Source of the DNA: a virus
Taxonomy: Duplodnaviria; Caudoviricetes
IMG/VR virus record: IMGVR_UViG_3300032282_004841
Coordinates: 1 to 62,933 of that record
Reading direction: 5' to 3' (one strand)
Length of the DNA: 62,933 nucleotides
Within the stretch, counting starts at the first letter, position 1, and each line of letters begins with the position of its first letter. The position numbers and the translations under genes were made by a program. Below are positions 36,590 through 57,579 of this stretch, one piece after another. The notes below the pieces were generated by a model that ran no database searches, was not told the DNA's origin, and saw only the letters and a program-made list of their open reading frames with translations.

Positions 36590-37299
36590 TGTTCTGCTTC
36601 CCTATTTATAATATCTGTTATGCTTGGTATAGCCCTATTAAAAGATCTCGTTATCCAGTTGTCATCTTCTGTTCCTGCAAACTCTGAATCTATACTAAAG
36701 CCAGTCACGCCTAAAAAGTTACCATTAGAATTAAAAAACTTAGAAGATTTTGTTCTGGCAGCTATTTTAGTCGGTTGTACCATTAAAGCGAATTTACTTC
36801 TTGAGTTTTTTTGAGGTCTATCATAATACCTTACTTCATAATCTTGAATTATAGTAGAACTTCCTTCTGTTAACAGCCATTTTAACCAAGGTATTTCGCC
36901 AGCCTTAGACTGATAAGATGCTAGTGGACTACTTATTAAACCTTCAAGACCTTCTCTTTTTAGCAAATAAAGGGCCATTCCCCCCAAAGAATTTGCATTT
37001 CCATCCTTCTTTACAAAACTAATCTGATTAGCTATATATTCTATCAACTGATATAAAACCACTTCTGCGTTTTCAATACCCAAATCCATCCTTAGCTTTC
37101 CTCTTAACTCAGTCATTGATTCATATTCTGGAGAATTTTTAATGTGGTATATAACTGCTGCTTTTACGGCTGGCCTAGTTTTTTTAATCAAAGCGCTTAT
37201 ATATGTAGATACTATCTTTCTTAACTCTAGTTTTATTGAATCTTCAAATTCTCTATTGTTAAAATCGATAGACCATCTATATTCCATATTATCCACCAA
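36586..37299 (-). CDS. Putative neck / tail completion protein
   Basis: Position between head-closure and terminator genes; PWLKWLL..G, GTEDDNWITR. Confidence 0.5.
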   Translation of the reverse strand: MVDNMEYRWSIDFNNREFEDSIKLELRKIVSTYISALIKKTRPAVKAAVIYHIKNSPEYESMTELRGKLRMDLGIENAEVVLYQLIEYIANQISFVKKDGNANSLGGMALYLLKREGLEGLISSPLASYQSKAGEIPWLKWLLTEGSSTIIQDYEVRYYDRPQKNSRSKFALMVQPTKIAARTKSSKFFNSNGNFLGVTGFSIDSEFAGTEDDNWITRSFNRAIPSITDIINREAEQ

Positions 37300-37810
37300 C
37301 CCTTGACCAGTTAGCCACCCAATATTTTCCCTGCACGATATTCCCTTGATCTATTGGCTCTCCAGCTAGTTCATAGGTATATCTTATTAGCCCCTGTATA
37401 TCTAATTGTACTACCATCTTTCTTGTCTGCAATACATCTGGCAAATCTATCATATAGCCTTTTGTTTGAATAGACCCATAAGGCAATTGAACATTAGCTG
37501 GAAGTTTTTGAAAAAAATCTTTAGGAGAGTTAGCTATTAAAAGTTTAACACCCTTGGTTAATGAAGTAAAGTGTAAGCCCTCGCCATTACAAGAAGGGCA
37601 ATTAGACCCATTCTCAAAAGGAATTGGTCCTCCATTAATCCAAGTATTCGAAGACTTATTTCCGATAGGATCAAAAACACAGTTTGGGCAAGGAGATGGA
37701 GTAGGTGCGTAAATTAATTGGCATGTTTTTCCAAGCTGATCAATAAGATCATCTATGGCATATTCTGCTATTAACTTAATATCATCAGAGAGCGTAAATA
37801 TTTTTGCCAT
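37289..37810 (-). CDS. Putative head-closure (stopper) protein with Zn finger
   Basis: LGKTCQLIY..CPNC...CPSCNGEG; synteny. Confidence 0.55.
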   Translation of the reverse strand: MAKIFTLSDDIKLIAEYAIDDLIDQLGKTCQLIYAPTPSPCPNCVFDPIGNKSSNTWINGGPIPFENGSNCPSCNGEGLHFTSLTKGVKLLIANSPKDFFQKLPANVQLPYGSIQTKGYMIDLPDVLQTRKMVVQLDIQGLIRYTYELAGEPIDQGNIVQGKYWVANWSRVGG

Positions 37811-37811
37811 G

Positions 37812-39077
37812 TTATATCCAGTTTACTACTATGGTTTTTGAAGCTACGCTCGTATCGCTGCATGTAAATTCAAGAACCATATAAGGAGTTTCTGATGTTA
37901 AAGAAAAATTACTAACTGTAAATCCTAAATCTTCAAATACAACCATGCCATTAGTAAGACTCTTATGTTGCGCCCCAGTCAATGAATAAGTAGGAGTTCC
38001 AGAAACGCCCCCTATAGATTTTATAGAAACATCTACAAACCTAACCGTGTCATTATTAGTATATGTAGTTTCTGCAATACCATTAGAAGGAACAGGAACT
38101 GATTTGTTAGTAAAGTTCGCATTAGAATCAAATATATTAGTGTGACCAGTCGTTAAAGCTATCGTAATAGGAACCGTAAATGTAGAATTGTTTTTTTGAA
38201 TTTGATGGAACTGTGGGTAATAAAGAAATTTCATATAAGGTTTTATATATTCATTTCTAATTTGACCAGCAGAACCAGTAACAGCTTTAAAATCATAATG
38301 AGCGCTTGCTATGGTATTAGTTGCTATTAAACTATAATTAGTTGCTAGGAATTCAACATTTAAACAAGTATTAGAATTATAATTCATTGTACTTGATTGA
38401 ACAGTATTAAATTCATAACCATATGAAGATGTGTCTACTTTAAGTTTTATTCCGTAAGCATATGAATACCAATTTTTTGAATCCGATTTTTGAAATTTTG
38501 GATTGTCAGTAGCTTTATAAACAGTTGTTGATAATACAGGACTTTTTGTAAGGGGATTTGTTTTGCTCCAACTGGCTGTTATAGCAGGAATACTAGGAAG
38601 CAAAATTGGATTACCATATGCATCTAAAAATAATACAAAATAATTTATTTCGGTAATGCTTGGATCAGGAGATGGACCATTAATTTGAATATCATAATCA
38701 GATGGTATTCTAGAATTTACAATGTTCTTTCCTGAAAGCCAGCTTGTATTACTAATAACGAGAGGGTCTTTAAGAATACCTTGTATATCTGGAGGACAAT
38801 AAAAAACCATAGACTTTGGGGTATTTGGTATTTTTACAGAACATGTACTTTTTGCAATTGTCCAACCATCAGTAGCATTCCAAAAATTAAATGTGTTTGT
38901 AGAAGTATCTTGCCATACGGAATTTCTCCCTTTTAAATCTTGTACTGTTGGTTGTGTAGACTGTTTAAAGAATACATCTGGTTCTAATCTAGTCCAGCCC
39001 TTACCAGTTTTAAAAACAAAGTAATTATTTCCAGCTATATATACTTGCAAGTCTACAGGATTTTTTGGAAATGGCAT
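37812..39077 (-). CDS. Fibre-associated protein (MPFP.NP module + Q...P...VW module + Ig-like C-terminus)
   Basis: Start moved to ATG 39077 (SD GAGG); N-terminus paralogous to 39085-39324. Confidence 0.6.
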   Translation of the reverse strand: MPFPKNPVDLQVYIAGNNYFVFKTGKGWTRLEPDVFFKQSTQPTVQDLKGRNSVWQDTSTNTFNFWNATDGWTIAKSTCSVKIPNTPKSMVFYCPPDIQGILKDPLVISNTSWLSGKNIVNSRIPSDYDIQINGPSPDPSITEINYFVLFLDAYGNPILLPSIPAITASWSKTNPLTKSPVLSTTVYKATDNPKFQKSDSKNWYSYAYGIKLKVDTSSYGYEFNTVQSSTMNYNSNTCLNVEFLATNYSLIATNTIASAHYDFKAVTGSAGQIRNEYIKPYMKFLYYPQFHQIQKNNSTFTVPITIALTTGHTNIFDSNANFTNKSVPVPSNGIAETTYTNNDTVRFVDVSIKSIGGVSGTPTYSLTGAQHKSLTNGMVVFEDLGFTVSNFSLTSETPYMVLEFTCSDTSVASKTIVVNWI

Positions 39078-39084
39078 ATTAACC

Positions 39085-39324
39085 TCATGAACAAATTGTA
39101 AAATAAGACTTCCAGTCACCGTCTTGCCATAAATAAATAACACCTTCTAATGGATTGTGCCAAACTGCCACTCTTGAAGGTTCTATTGATATTGTAGGCT
39201 TAGTGTTTTGCACAAAATAGCTGGTCGGTTCTTGTTGTACCCATCCAGTTTTTGAATTATAAATAAAATATTTATTTCCAAGCTTATAAACAAAACCATC
39301 TGCTGGATTTACTGGAAATGGCAT
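39085..39324 (-). CDS. Small fibre adaptor-module protein
   Basis: MPFPVNPADG..Y......Y....GW + YFVQNTKPT...VAVWHN....IYLW. Confidence 0.65.
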   Translation of the reverse strand: MPFPVNPADGFVYKLGNKYFIYNSKTGWVQQEPTSYFVQNTKPTISIEPSRVAVWHNPLEGVIYLWQDGDWKSYFTICS

Positions 39325-39325
39325 T

Positions 39326-40132
39326 TTATATTCCTTTCATGCTAGCTATAACACCAGGTGGTTCATAATTTACAATAACATAAAAATATCTAGGGCCTGT
39401 TTCTTGCCAAGAATATTCATTGTTTGTAGTTCCTAAATTTGAAAAATTAGGAAAATCAATGTCTGAAAAGTTCTGTAGCTTTGCCCCATTTCTTAATCCG
39501 TTATAAATAGCAGAATTAAAATTAACAGGATTTTTGATAGCAAAACTTTCGTCTTTTAACTTTCCAGAAGCACAATTATATCCACCTATTGTATACCCCT
39601 GATCAAGATTAAATCTATAATAAGTACAACCTTTCATATTCTGATAGCTTTTCCAGCGATCAAAAGGTCTATCTAATTGATTGTTATCTGTGCTTACATT
39701 AATGAAGTCTGGATTGTCTAAAGTGTGCCTGTATATTTTTTCTTCTATAATGCCACTACTATTACATTGATAAGTAAATCTTAAATGCAAGTTTGGCAAA
39801 GAATCATAAAAGTGAAAGTTGAAATATATCTTTGTTTTAAGACCCGCTTCTTTTACTAAGTCATTTGGAGCGCATCCCGCAGGATGACCAAGTGTAAAAT
39901 ATGGGTCATATCTAAGCCTTACTAATTCACCATCTCCAGAATTAGACATTTTTAAATATTGTTTTTTCTGCTCAAACTCATAGTAGTATTCACTCTCTAC
40001 ATCTTGAGGCCAATAACTAGTAAAGTCATTTTTTAAAAAAAGCCACGAAGGACTTTCTGCTTTCCAGTTAAATCTAGAATCAGAAAAGAAAAATCCAGCA
40101 TAAACTTTATAAACTTTTTTTTGCGGTAGCAT
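39326..40132 (-). CDS. Hypothetical aromatic-rich protein
   Basis: 268-aa ORF packed in operon with SD AAGGA. Confidence 0.6.
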   Translation of the reverse strand: MLPQKKVYKVYAGFFFSDSRFNWKAESPSWLFLKNDFTSYWPQDVESEYYYEFEQKKQYLKMSNSGDGELVRLRYDPYFTLGHPAGCAPNDLVKEAGLKTKIYFNFHFYDSLPNLHLRFTYQCNSSGIIEEKIYRHTLDNPDFINVSTDNNQLDRPFDRWKSYQNMKGCTYYRFNLDQGYTIGGYNCASGKLKDESFAIKNPVNFNSAIYNGLRNGAKLQNFSDIDFPNFSNLGTTNNEYSWQETGPRYFYVIVNYEPPGVIASMKGI

Positions 40133-40144
40133 GTTTATATATCC

Positions 40145-50200
<10,056 letters not shown>

Positions 50201-50214
50201 ATAATTTTCCTATC

Positions 50215-53200
50215 TTAAACATACTGTGTTAATGTTGCAATATAACCAGAACTCAAAATTTGTGTTCCATCAGTAAAACTATTTACTTTAATTTCAAAAG
50301 TCAAAACAACTTCTACCGGATTGGAACCTGTGAAAATAGAAGGATCTGATCCTATCCAATGAACGCAATAAAAAATAGATTCGAACCATCCTGGAGCGAC
50401 ATAAGAAATACCACAATCTGGATATGAAAGATTTTTTACTTGATTAGATTTTGAGATACCATTAGTTACAATAAAATCGGGATGAGAAGTTTTTACAGTT
50501 ACTGACTGTATATCAACACGAACAGATTTTGTTGCACAGTTATAACCTCTCCATAAAGTTCCTAAATCGTTTTCAGTATGATAAAAATCAAACTTTATTT
50601 TTCCCAATGGAAAATATCCATCCGAATTTAATTCCATTTCAGGAAAAGTAGAACTTGATACATTAGTAGAAGAAATGAAAGAAATAGCAAATGAACTTGC
50701 TGGAACTTGGCAAGTAGCAAGCGGAAAATTAGGATCAAGAGTTGTTGTTGTTGTTGTTGTTGTAGTTGTAGGACAAGGAATGCAAGTATAAGAAGCAGGA
50801 CATATGCCAGAATAATTATAATTTGTTTGAAGACAATTACGCCCTGGAGGACAAGTTGGAATTGGAATCTTTGGACACTCAGGACAAATTGAATTAGAAG
50901 CCATAATAACAGGTCGTGATGTATATCCACTACCTTGATTTGTTATATTTATACGAGCAATCACACCGTTATAAACTTCTGCGGTTGCTTGTGCGCCATC
51001 GCCATCGCCTCCAACTATCCTAATCTCTGGAACGGATTCATATCCAAAACCGCCATTTGAAACAGGTGCATAAATTAATTTTCCATCAACAACGACTCCT
51101 GAAATACACTCCATAGGTTCTGTGTATTGTACTATCATGGGCAATCCGATAGTGTTAAAATTAACATTCACACTACCATTAGAAGGACTAATTCTATAAC
51201 TAGTATAAAAAGGATAGATACCTTCTTTTCCATTGACAACACTTTTTTGAGCAAGTACTTTTCTCCAAGAACCTTCTCTATACTGCGAACTTAAACCTAT
51301 TGTAAATGGAGCTATCGTTCCCTTTCCATTAACTATCGGTATTCTTATTCCAGCAGAAGAAGAATAATTATTTGGGGCTATAGTTGCTTCTGGAACAGCC
51401 CACCATACACTATTACCAATATTAAGTTCAAAATAAGAACTTGAATTTTCATTAATATTAAAGTTATTAGCTACTATTGCATTTTTATCAACAATAAATA
51501 TATTTATAGGACTTGTTGTAACTGCATACTTATTAGCTTCTATTGTTAATATTGGATTGTTTACACTTTCCGCCGTTTGGGAAGGCATAGATGGTATTAT
51601 ATTATCCCATGTAGCTGGATCGCTATAACTAGACATAACTTGATAAGCAACACTAGCATCTCTTTTAAGATTTACTATTCCTGTAGTCGTTATAGTAGTT
51701 CCATTTGCCAAAAGAACAGAAAATGTAAGTATTATTTGATGAGTAGCATTATTATTAAATACAGAAGGGTTATTTCCTGTCCAGTATACCACTAATTGTA
51801 AATCTCTATAATCATTAGTAGAAAATGAATAAGCTCCATATCCAGATGTCCAACTTATATTTGGAGACTTAGAAGTTTTTGACCAATAAGATTGATCTTT
51901 TACACCTACATAAAATTCTGGATCTGAAGTGGTTATAGATAATGTGCCATTTGTTTCTATATTGCTAGAACTACCTAAATAAGTAAATCCAAGTCTTATG
52001 TCTGTTAATGGAGCCTGTGTATTTTGATCAAATTTAGATAAATAAGGAAGTCCAAATAAAACAGAAACTGCATCTGGAGCATTTTTAGTTGGAGCTAAAG
52101 TGGTAGTCGTAGGAGCAGAAGTAGTAGTAGTAGTAGTAGTGGTCGTAGTTGGTGTAGTCGAACAAGCTCCAGAAGTTAATGTTGGTGCTGGATCAATTCC
52201 CCATGAAGGTACTTTTTCCCAAGTAGATGGAGGAACAGTATAACTTTGAAATCCTGTTCCTATGTAATAGGCTTGTGTCAGACTAGTTATAATCCATTTA
52301 GCGCCAGTGTAACTATATCGAAGAAATCGACCCTTACCATTTGGGCTATCCAAATCAGGACCATTAAATGTATATGTTCCGTTTATTTCGCTTAAATATG
52401 CACCAGAGACACAATAGTAAGTTGGAGGATTAGGGTAAGGACATGGTGGAGTTCTTTGGCTATACAAAGATTGTTGACATTCTAGAAGAGTAGCAAATTC
52501 TCCAGTCGATCCACCACAAACACATTGCAGACAATCAATTCTTGCACAGTCATAAGCAGTAGTATAAGTATTGCAAAGAATAGGTTCTGGTATTGATTCA
52601 AATAAACAATCTGATACTTTCCACATCACTTTATCAGGGTACACACTCGAAATAAATAACTTAGAAGAAAAAACAACTCCATACCAATCACCACTATCAA
52701 CTACATTTCTTTCTTGCCAAGAATTTTCTTGAAGAGTTTTTGAAATATAAATAGATTTTCCAAGACCAACCAATATAAAATATCCATTTAAATACAATAG
52801 ATTATTCCATTTTCCAGCAGGAATAGCTTTAGTTGTCCAGTGTAAAGCATTCTCAGAATAAGAAATCGTATTGTTTTTATAAAGAACTACATAATTTCCA
52901 TTTCCAGAGATTATTATTTCCGAATCCATAGGAGGTCGTTCTATGTATTGATTCGAAACAAAAGCAGAGCTACCAGCACTTTCAATATCAGTAATGGTTC
53001 CCATTAGAAACGAACTATCTACTACAACTGATTTTTCTGCACCAATAAGAAAACCGCCTTGCACATCACATAGTGAAATCTTATTATCGTGCCAGTTATC
53101 TTTTGGAGTTTTATTTTGAAATTGTAAAGGTATAAATGCGGAAAATTTATATCTATTCGCAGTAATTACCCCCGTAGCATTAGCATTATTATATGCGAAT

Positions 53201-54900
53201 TCAGTAAGAAAATTATAATTTGGCTCTATTATAAAAATTCTATTGTTTTTTCCAACTGCAAAAGCTCCAGATACAGATGCAAATATATTTACAACTTCCA
53301 CTCTGGTACTTCTATACAAAGTACTTTTGTAATGTACATATCCAGCATCATAAACAGAGAATGAAATTATTGGTCCGCCTACACCCGATATTTTGCTTTC
53401 AAAAATTTCATTTTTATCGCCAAGTATAAAAACATTATATCCAGATGCTACCACTTTTACTATGTTTGCAGATTTACAAGTAGTACTACAAGCTATTGTT
53501 TTAGCGGACCACTTAATTCCATCAACAGACTGAGACATAAATAACAATCCGCTGTCAATAGAAAATAAATACAAAGCCCTATTAAAGTTTACAATTTGAT
53601 TCCAACTCGCCTTTAAATTTAAAGATGTAGAGCTAGGAATCCAATCAGATCCACAAGGGGGCAAGGTTGTAGTAGTAGTAGTTACAGCGGGAACACAAGA
53701 ACTACGAGCTATGATATAACCATCAGATGTTTTTGCCTGTAAAAAAATATCATAAGAACTAAGCGCAATAACTCTTTCCCAATTAGCACTAAGACCTATA
53801 TCTCTAGGAGTCCAAACAAATTGACCATTAACAACTTGTAATTGATAAAGATACTGACCGTTTGCAGAAAGAATAATATCTGTATTATCTGTTGAAGTAC
53901 CATCGGATGCAGGAGTAGCGGATGTGGCGAATTCTTTCCAATCAGATGTTTTTCCACTACTTACTATATTAGGATTTGAAACTATTGATCTATTCATTTT
54001 GTAAAGAATACTAGTGCCATTACCAAGAATTTTTGTAGGGCCAATTTGTGGTGATGAATAACCACCAACTGACTTTATGGTATAACCATTTTCATATACC
54101 CCTCTTTTTAATTCGTAAAATGTAAAATACATAGGCTGTATATGAAGTATAGAAATACTGCCATTGCCACCATTAAATATCATAGAGTCCACAGATGGAT
54201 TAAATGTAAAAAGAGGCATATATTGTTGACTTGGATCATTTTCAACAGCTATGAATTTGTTCGCACTCGTTCGATCAGAAGACATGTTTCCAGATCTATC
54301 CCAAATATACAAAGAATTATTTTCGTCAAAACCTAGATTTATTATAGGACTTTGTGAATTGGAATATATTGTTTTTATTTTTTGACCATTTTTTTCTAAA
54401 TTATTATTAAATGAATTAAACCAGCAATTAAGTTGTTCGGCAGTATAGCCATTTATATAGGGCTGGCCATTGTAAAATCCGTAAACAGCACCCTCCGGCA
54501 TAATAGTAATATCTTCCCATAATTTTGTAAGACTATTATAAAAAGATGTGTAAAAACGAGAATCTATTCCTTTGAAATAAGCTAGGTAGCCATAATTAGC
54601 ATTAACAACTGTTATAAATTCATAACTAGGAGAAGCAACAAGGGGAGTTGTAATATCCCATTTAGTAAGACATGTATCTAAAGGCGAAGCCGTAGTAGTA
54701 GTTGTAGTAGTAGTGCCAAAGGCACTAACAGGAACCCAATCGTTTAATTTAGTATCCCAAAAATATGTTCCAGAATTTGAAGTGTTGTACCAAAATGCAG
54801 GGCGAGTCCTTTCTACTGCTGTAGGTCTTTCGCTTTGCCTAAAAACTACTATGTCTTTAGATGGGTTCGATATTCCTGGAACAATATTTGAATTAGGCAT
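50215..54900 (-). CDS. Large fibre/adhesin protein with beta-propeller-like (Asp-box) and Cys-rich segments
   Basis: Start probably ATG 54900 (MPNSN); SQSVDGIKW and SYSENALHW Asp-box-like motifs; four poly-Thr linkers. Confidence 0.7.
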   Translation of the reverse strand: MPNSNIVPGISNPSKDIVVFRQSERPTAVERTRPAFWYNTSNSGTYFWDTKLNDWVPVSAFGTTTTTTTTASPLDTCLTKWDITTPLVASPSYEFITVVNANYGYLAYFKGIDSRFYTSFYNSLTKLWEDITIMPEGAVYGFYNGQPYINGYTAEQLNCWFNSFNNNLEKNGQKIKTIYSNSQSPIINLGFDENNSLYIWDRSGNMSSDRTSANKFIAVENDPSQQYMPLFTFNPSVDSMIFNGGNGSISILHIQPMYFTFYELKRGVYENGYTIKSVGGYSSPQIGPTKILGNGTSILYKMNRSIVSNPNIVSSGKTSDWKEFATSATPASDGTSTDNTDIILSANGQYLYQLQVVNGQFVWTPRDIGLSANWERVIALSSYDIFLQAKTSDGYIIARSSCVPAVTTTTTTLPPCGSDWIPSSTSLNLKASWNQIVNFNRALYLFSIDSGLLFMSQSVDGIKWSAKTIACSTTCKSANIVKVVASGYNVFILGDKNEIFESKISGVGGPIISFSVYDAGYVHYKSTLYRSTRVEVVNIFASVSGAFAVGKNNRIFIIEPNYNFLTEFAYNNANATGVITANRYKFSAFIPLQFQNKTPKDNWHDNKISLCDVQGGFLIGAEKSVVVDSSFLMGTITDIESAGSSAFVSNQYIERPPMDSEIIISGNGNYVVLYKNNTISYSENALHWTTKAIPAGKWNNLLYLNGYFILVGLGKSIYISKTLQENSWQERNVVDSGDWYGVVFSSKLFISSVYPDKVMWKVSDCLFESIPEPILCNTYTTAYDCARIDCLQCVCGGSTGEFATLLECQQSLYSQRTPPCPYPNPPTYYCVSGAYLSEINGTYTFNGPDLDSPNGKGRFLRYSYTGAKWIITSLTQAYYIGTGFQSYTVPPSTWEKVPSWGIDPAPTLTSGACSTTPTTTTTTTTTTSAPTTTTLAPTKNAPDAVSVLFGLPYLSKFDQNTQAPLTDIRLGFTYLGSSSNIETNGTLSITTSDPEFYVGVKDQSYWSKTSKSPNISWTSGYGAYSFSTNDYRDLQLVVYWTGNNPSVFNNNATHQIILTFSVLLANGTTITTTGIVNLKRDASVAYQVMSSYSDPATWDNIIPSMPSQTAESVNNPILTIEANKYAVTTSPINIFIVDKNAIVANNFNINENSSSYFELNIGNSVWWAVPEATIAPNNYSSSAGIRIPIVNGKGTIAPFTIGLSSQYREGSWRKVLAQKSVVNGKEGIYPFYTSYRISPSNGSVNVNFNTIGLPMIVQYTEPMECISGVVVDGKLIYAPVSNGGFGYESVPEIRIVGGDGDGAQATAEVYNGVIARINITNQGSGYTSRPVIMASNSICPECPKIPIPTCPPGRNCLQTNYNYSGICPASYTCIPCPTTTTTTTTTTLDPNFPLATCQVPASSFAISFISSTNVSSSTFPEMELNSDGYFPLGKIKFDFYHTENDLGTLWRGYNCATKSVRVDIQSVTVKTSHPDFIVTNGISKSNQVKNLSYPDCGISYVAPGWFESIFYCVHWIGSDPSIFTGSNPVEVVLTFEIKVNSFTDGTQILSSGYIATLTQYV
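50741..50763 (-). repeat. In-frame trinucleotide microsatellite encoding poly-Thr
   Basis: (GTT)7 on + strand = ACA repeats on coding strand. Confidence 0.85.
52120..52140 (-). repeat. In-frame trinucleotide microsatellite encoding poly-Thr
   Basis: (AGT)7 on + strand = (ACT)7 on coding strand. Confidence 0.85.
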
Positions 54901-57112
54901 AAGCGTTTCCTGAAAACGAAATCCAATTCGAACCATTGATATCAGTTACCCAAAAATAGATAACTGCATTTTCTGTATCATACCAAACCGCAAAGGAATT
55001 ATCACTAGGATTAACTGTTGGTCTTGTAGATTGTTGATAAAAATTAACTATTCCAGAACCTATCAAGCCTTGATATCCCTGTGGTCCAGTCGGGCCAGTT
55101 ATTCCAGCAGGACCTTCAGGGCCTCTAGGTCCAGTAATTCCTATGTCACCTCTAGGACCAGCAGCACCATTTGTTCCGTTGGTTCCGTTGGTTCCGTTAG
55201 CGCCAGCAGCACCGTCAGAACCTCGTAAATCAGCAAGCAAAAATGTTCTGGTCTTTGCAGATTGGGTAGACTGAATTAATAAAGTAGAGGAAGATTCATT
55301 TATAGGAATATCCCAAGTAACAACATTTTTAGTACCAAGTAATGTGTCATTATTTAAAGTTGTTGCAACAACAGCGTTAGATCCAGAAGTAGTTCTTATT
55401 GCTAAAAGTTCTGGAGAAGCCGTAAAGTCGAAATAATATCTCTGCCCCCTGATTATTGGAATAGCAGCAGTATTTGCGATTCCGCTTATTTCTATAACGC
55501 TAGAATTGTTTGTAACGGTATATAGTGTTCCACCTCTTTGTCCATAATCACCTTGATATCCTTGACTACCCCTGAGTCCTTGCGACCCAGTAAGCCCCTG
55601 TCTTCCTTGAGCGCCTTGAGATCCAGATAAACCAGTCAAACCTTGACGGCCTTGCGGACCTGTAGGACCACCAGCACCACCAATAGCACCAGCTTGAGCT
55701 AAAGTAGACCAATATGTTGGATTTGCATCTGGAATTTTAGAAGCAGTACTAGTACTTGCAAGTATAGCTATATAACTAGTTCCAAGATAATATACTACAT
55801 CACTAACAGAATAGTTATTTGCTGCTGACCAATCACCTCTCCAAGCTATGCCAGCACCAACTGTTCCTTGAAAACCTTGATATCCCTGTGCGCCAGCAGA
55901 GCCAGAAGTACCATTGGTTCCAGCAGAACCTTGATCTCCTTGACTACCAATAGGCCCAGTAGAGCCAACAAAACCCTGATAACCTTGAAAACCTTGATAG
56001 CCACGACCACCTTGATCACCTTGATTTCCATCATTACCAGCCAAGCCTTGTCTTCCTTGATAACCTTGCAAACCTTGTTCTCCAACGCTGCCTTGGCGAC
56101 CTTGAAATCCTTGACTACCTGACCCATCTCTTCCTTGATAACCTTGAACACCAACAGATCCTTGATTTCCCTGAACGCCCTGTTCACCTTGACTACCTTG
56201 AGCGCCAATATAATCAACGCAATTGATAGATCTTGCAATAGAAGTGTTAGTAATTGATTGTAGTACAATACCTGAAGACGGAGCATCTAAAGGAACATCG
56301 TATGTTATGATTTCACCAACAGAACCAGTCGTTTCTATATTATTAGCACTAGTTCCAACCACATTAGTAGTTACGCCACCGCCATTTCTTATAGCTGCAT
56401 AATGAGTAACAGCAGAAAGATCAAATATAAATCTTTGTCCACGAACTAATTCTATTGCAGTGTCATTACTAGCTATGCCATCAACTGCAAATTTTAAAGA
56501 AGAAATACTTACGGCAAAAGAAGTTCCACCTTTAGATCCAATATCTCCTTGATACCCCTTAGAACCTTGAGTACCAGCACTTCCAGTAAAACCTTGTCTA
56601 CCTTGTGCGCCTTGAAAACCTTGGGAACCCTGTCCGCCTTGCAAGCCTTGTCTTCCTTGATTTCCTTGCGATCCCTGATCGCCTTGATCGCCTTGATCTC
56701 CTTTATAACCCTGATAACCAACAGAACCCTGACTACCACGACTACCTTGATCTCCTTGATCTCCTTGAGATCCAACCACACCTTGACTGCCTTGTAAACC
56801 CTGTAATCCAATCGATCCTTTTTCACCTTGCAAGCCTTGTAAACCTTGCAATCCTTGATTTCCATTAGTTCCTGCTAGGCCCTGTCTTCCCTGCGAACCT
56901 TGGGAACCCTGACTTCCAATAGAGCCATCTCCAAAAGAAGCCCAGTATGTAGTAGCCGTAGATGGATTTTCATTTACAGAACCAAGTATCGATATATATG
57001 AACTTAATTCATGGATTACTATATCATTTATTGCGTAAGTATCAGCGGAAGACCAAACGCCTTTATATAGAGTTCCTATAGTAGATGTTCCACCAGTATT
57101 AATTAAAGGCAT
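54893..57112 (-). CDS. Collagen-like (Gly-X-Gln) fibre protein with interspersed globular domains
   Basis: Four G-X-Y blocks (GSQ/GLQ/GDQ/GYQ/GFQ/GRQ); two W....Y...D.V....SY modules; two RGQR[FY].FD modules. Confidence 0.88.
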   Translation of the reverse strand: MPLINTGGTSTIGTLYKGVWSSADTYAINDIVIHELSSYISILGSVNENPSTATTYWASFGDGSIGSQGSQGSQGRQGLAGTNGNQGLQGLQGLQGEKGSIGLQGLQGSQGVVGSQGDQGDQGSRGSQGSVGYQGYKGDQGDQGDQGSQGNQGRQGLQGGQGSQGFQGAQGRQGFTGSAGTQGSKGYQGDIGSKGGTSFAVSISSLKFAVDGIASNDTAIELVRGQRFIFDLSAVTHYAAIRNGGGVTTNVVGTSANNIETTGSVGEIITYDVPLDAPSSGIVLQSITNTSIARSINCVDYIGAQGSQGEQGVQGNQGSVGVQGYQGRDGSGSQGFQGRQGSVGEQGLQGYQGRQGLAGNDGNQGDQGGRGYQGFQGYQGFVGSTGPIGSQGDQGSAGTNGTSGSAGAQGYQGFQGTVGAGIAWRGDWSAANNYSVSDVVYYLGTSYIAILASTSTASKIPDANPTYWSTLAQAGAIGGAGGPTGPQGRQGLTGLSGSQGAQGRQGLTGSQGLRGSQGYQGDYGQRGGTLYTVTNNSSVIEISGIANTAAIPIIRGQRYYFDFTASPELLAIRTTSGSNAVVATTLNNDTLLGTKNVVTWDIPINESSSTLLIQSTQSAKTRTFLLADLRGSDGAAGANGTNGTNGTNGAAGPRGDIGITGPRGPEGPAGITGPTGPQGYQGLIGSGIVNFYQQSTRPTVNPSDNSFAVWYDTENAVIYFWVTDINGSNWISFSGNAYA

Positions 57113-57115
57113 TTT

Positions 57116-57571
57116 TTAACCCTCTTTTGCAATAAAAGATTTACCAGAAGCTGCACAAATTGCTGTAACCCTGCCGTCAGGAATGAATCCACCCTCAAAA
57201 CTTAACTGTCCGTTTGGAGAGACAGGATAAGAATTAGATGTTGTAGCATCACCATTTATATTTACATAAATCAAAGTATTTGAATTGTTAATAAACAAAA
57301 GATAATTTCTTTGTAATCTCTCAGGAAAAACAACTTGAGAAACATTGGCTTCTTCTATTGTTCCAGATCCATCTAACAATAAACCAGTAGTAGAACTATC
57401 AACAGGCAAAACGCCAAAATTGTGTGCTACTCTAGGTTGTGGTAGAGTGTCATAAAAAACAGTACGACTAGTCAATGTTCCATTAGCTATGTTATTAATG
57501 CCTGGTGGCATTTGGCAAAAAGAAGATCCATATGCAAAAGCTCCAGATTCAATAGTATTAATGTCAGACAT
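57116..57571 (-). CDS. Small beta-sandwich virion accessory protein
   Basis: SD GGAG; RNYLLFINNS..LIYVN...GQLSFE...SGKSFIAKEG. Confidence 0.55.
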   Translation of the reverse strand: MSDINTIESGAFAYGSSFCQMPPGINNIANGTLTSRTVFYDTLPQPRVAHNFGVLPVDSSTTGLLLDGSGTIEEANVSQVVFPERLQRNYLLFINNSNTLIYVNINGDATTSNSYPVSPNGQLSFEGGFIPDGRVTAICAASGKSFIAKEG

Positions 57572-57579
57572 CTCTTCTC

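Noticed and set aside
34509-37810. Contractile tail sheath or contractile injection system
   Set aside because: No sheath-sized or sheath-like gene next to the tube; order fits a non-contractile tail, though genes outside the window cannot be excluded
55846-56868. Alternate-frame ORFs with KVIKV/LDLLD repeats
   Set aside because: Frame shadows of the Gly-X-Gln collagen repeat
54893-57112. 9-nt periodic repeats as CRISPR or DGR elements
   Set aside because: No constant repeat with unique spacers, no adenine-specific TR/VR pair and no reverse transcriptase; explained by collagen coding
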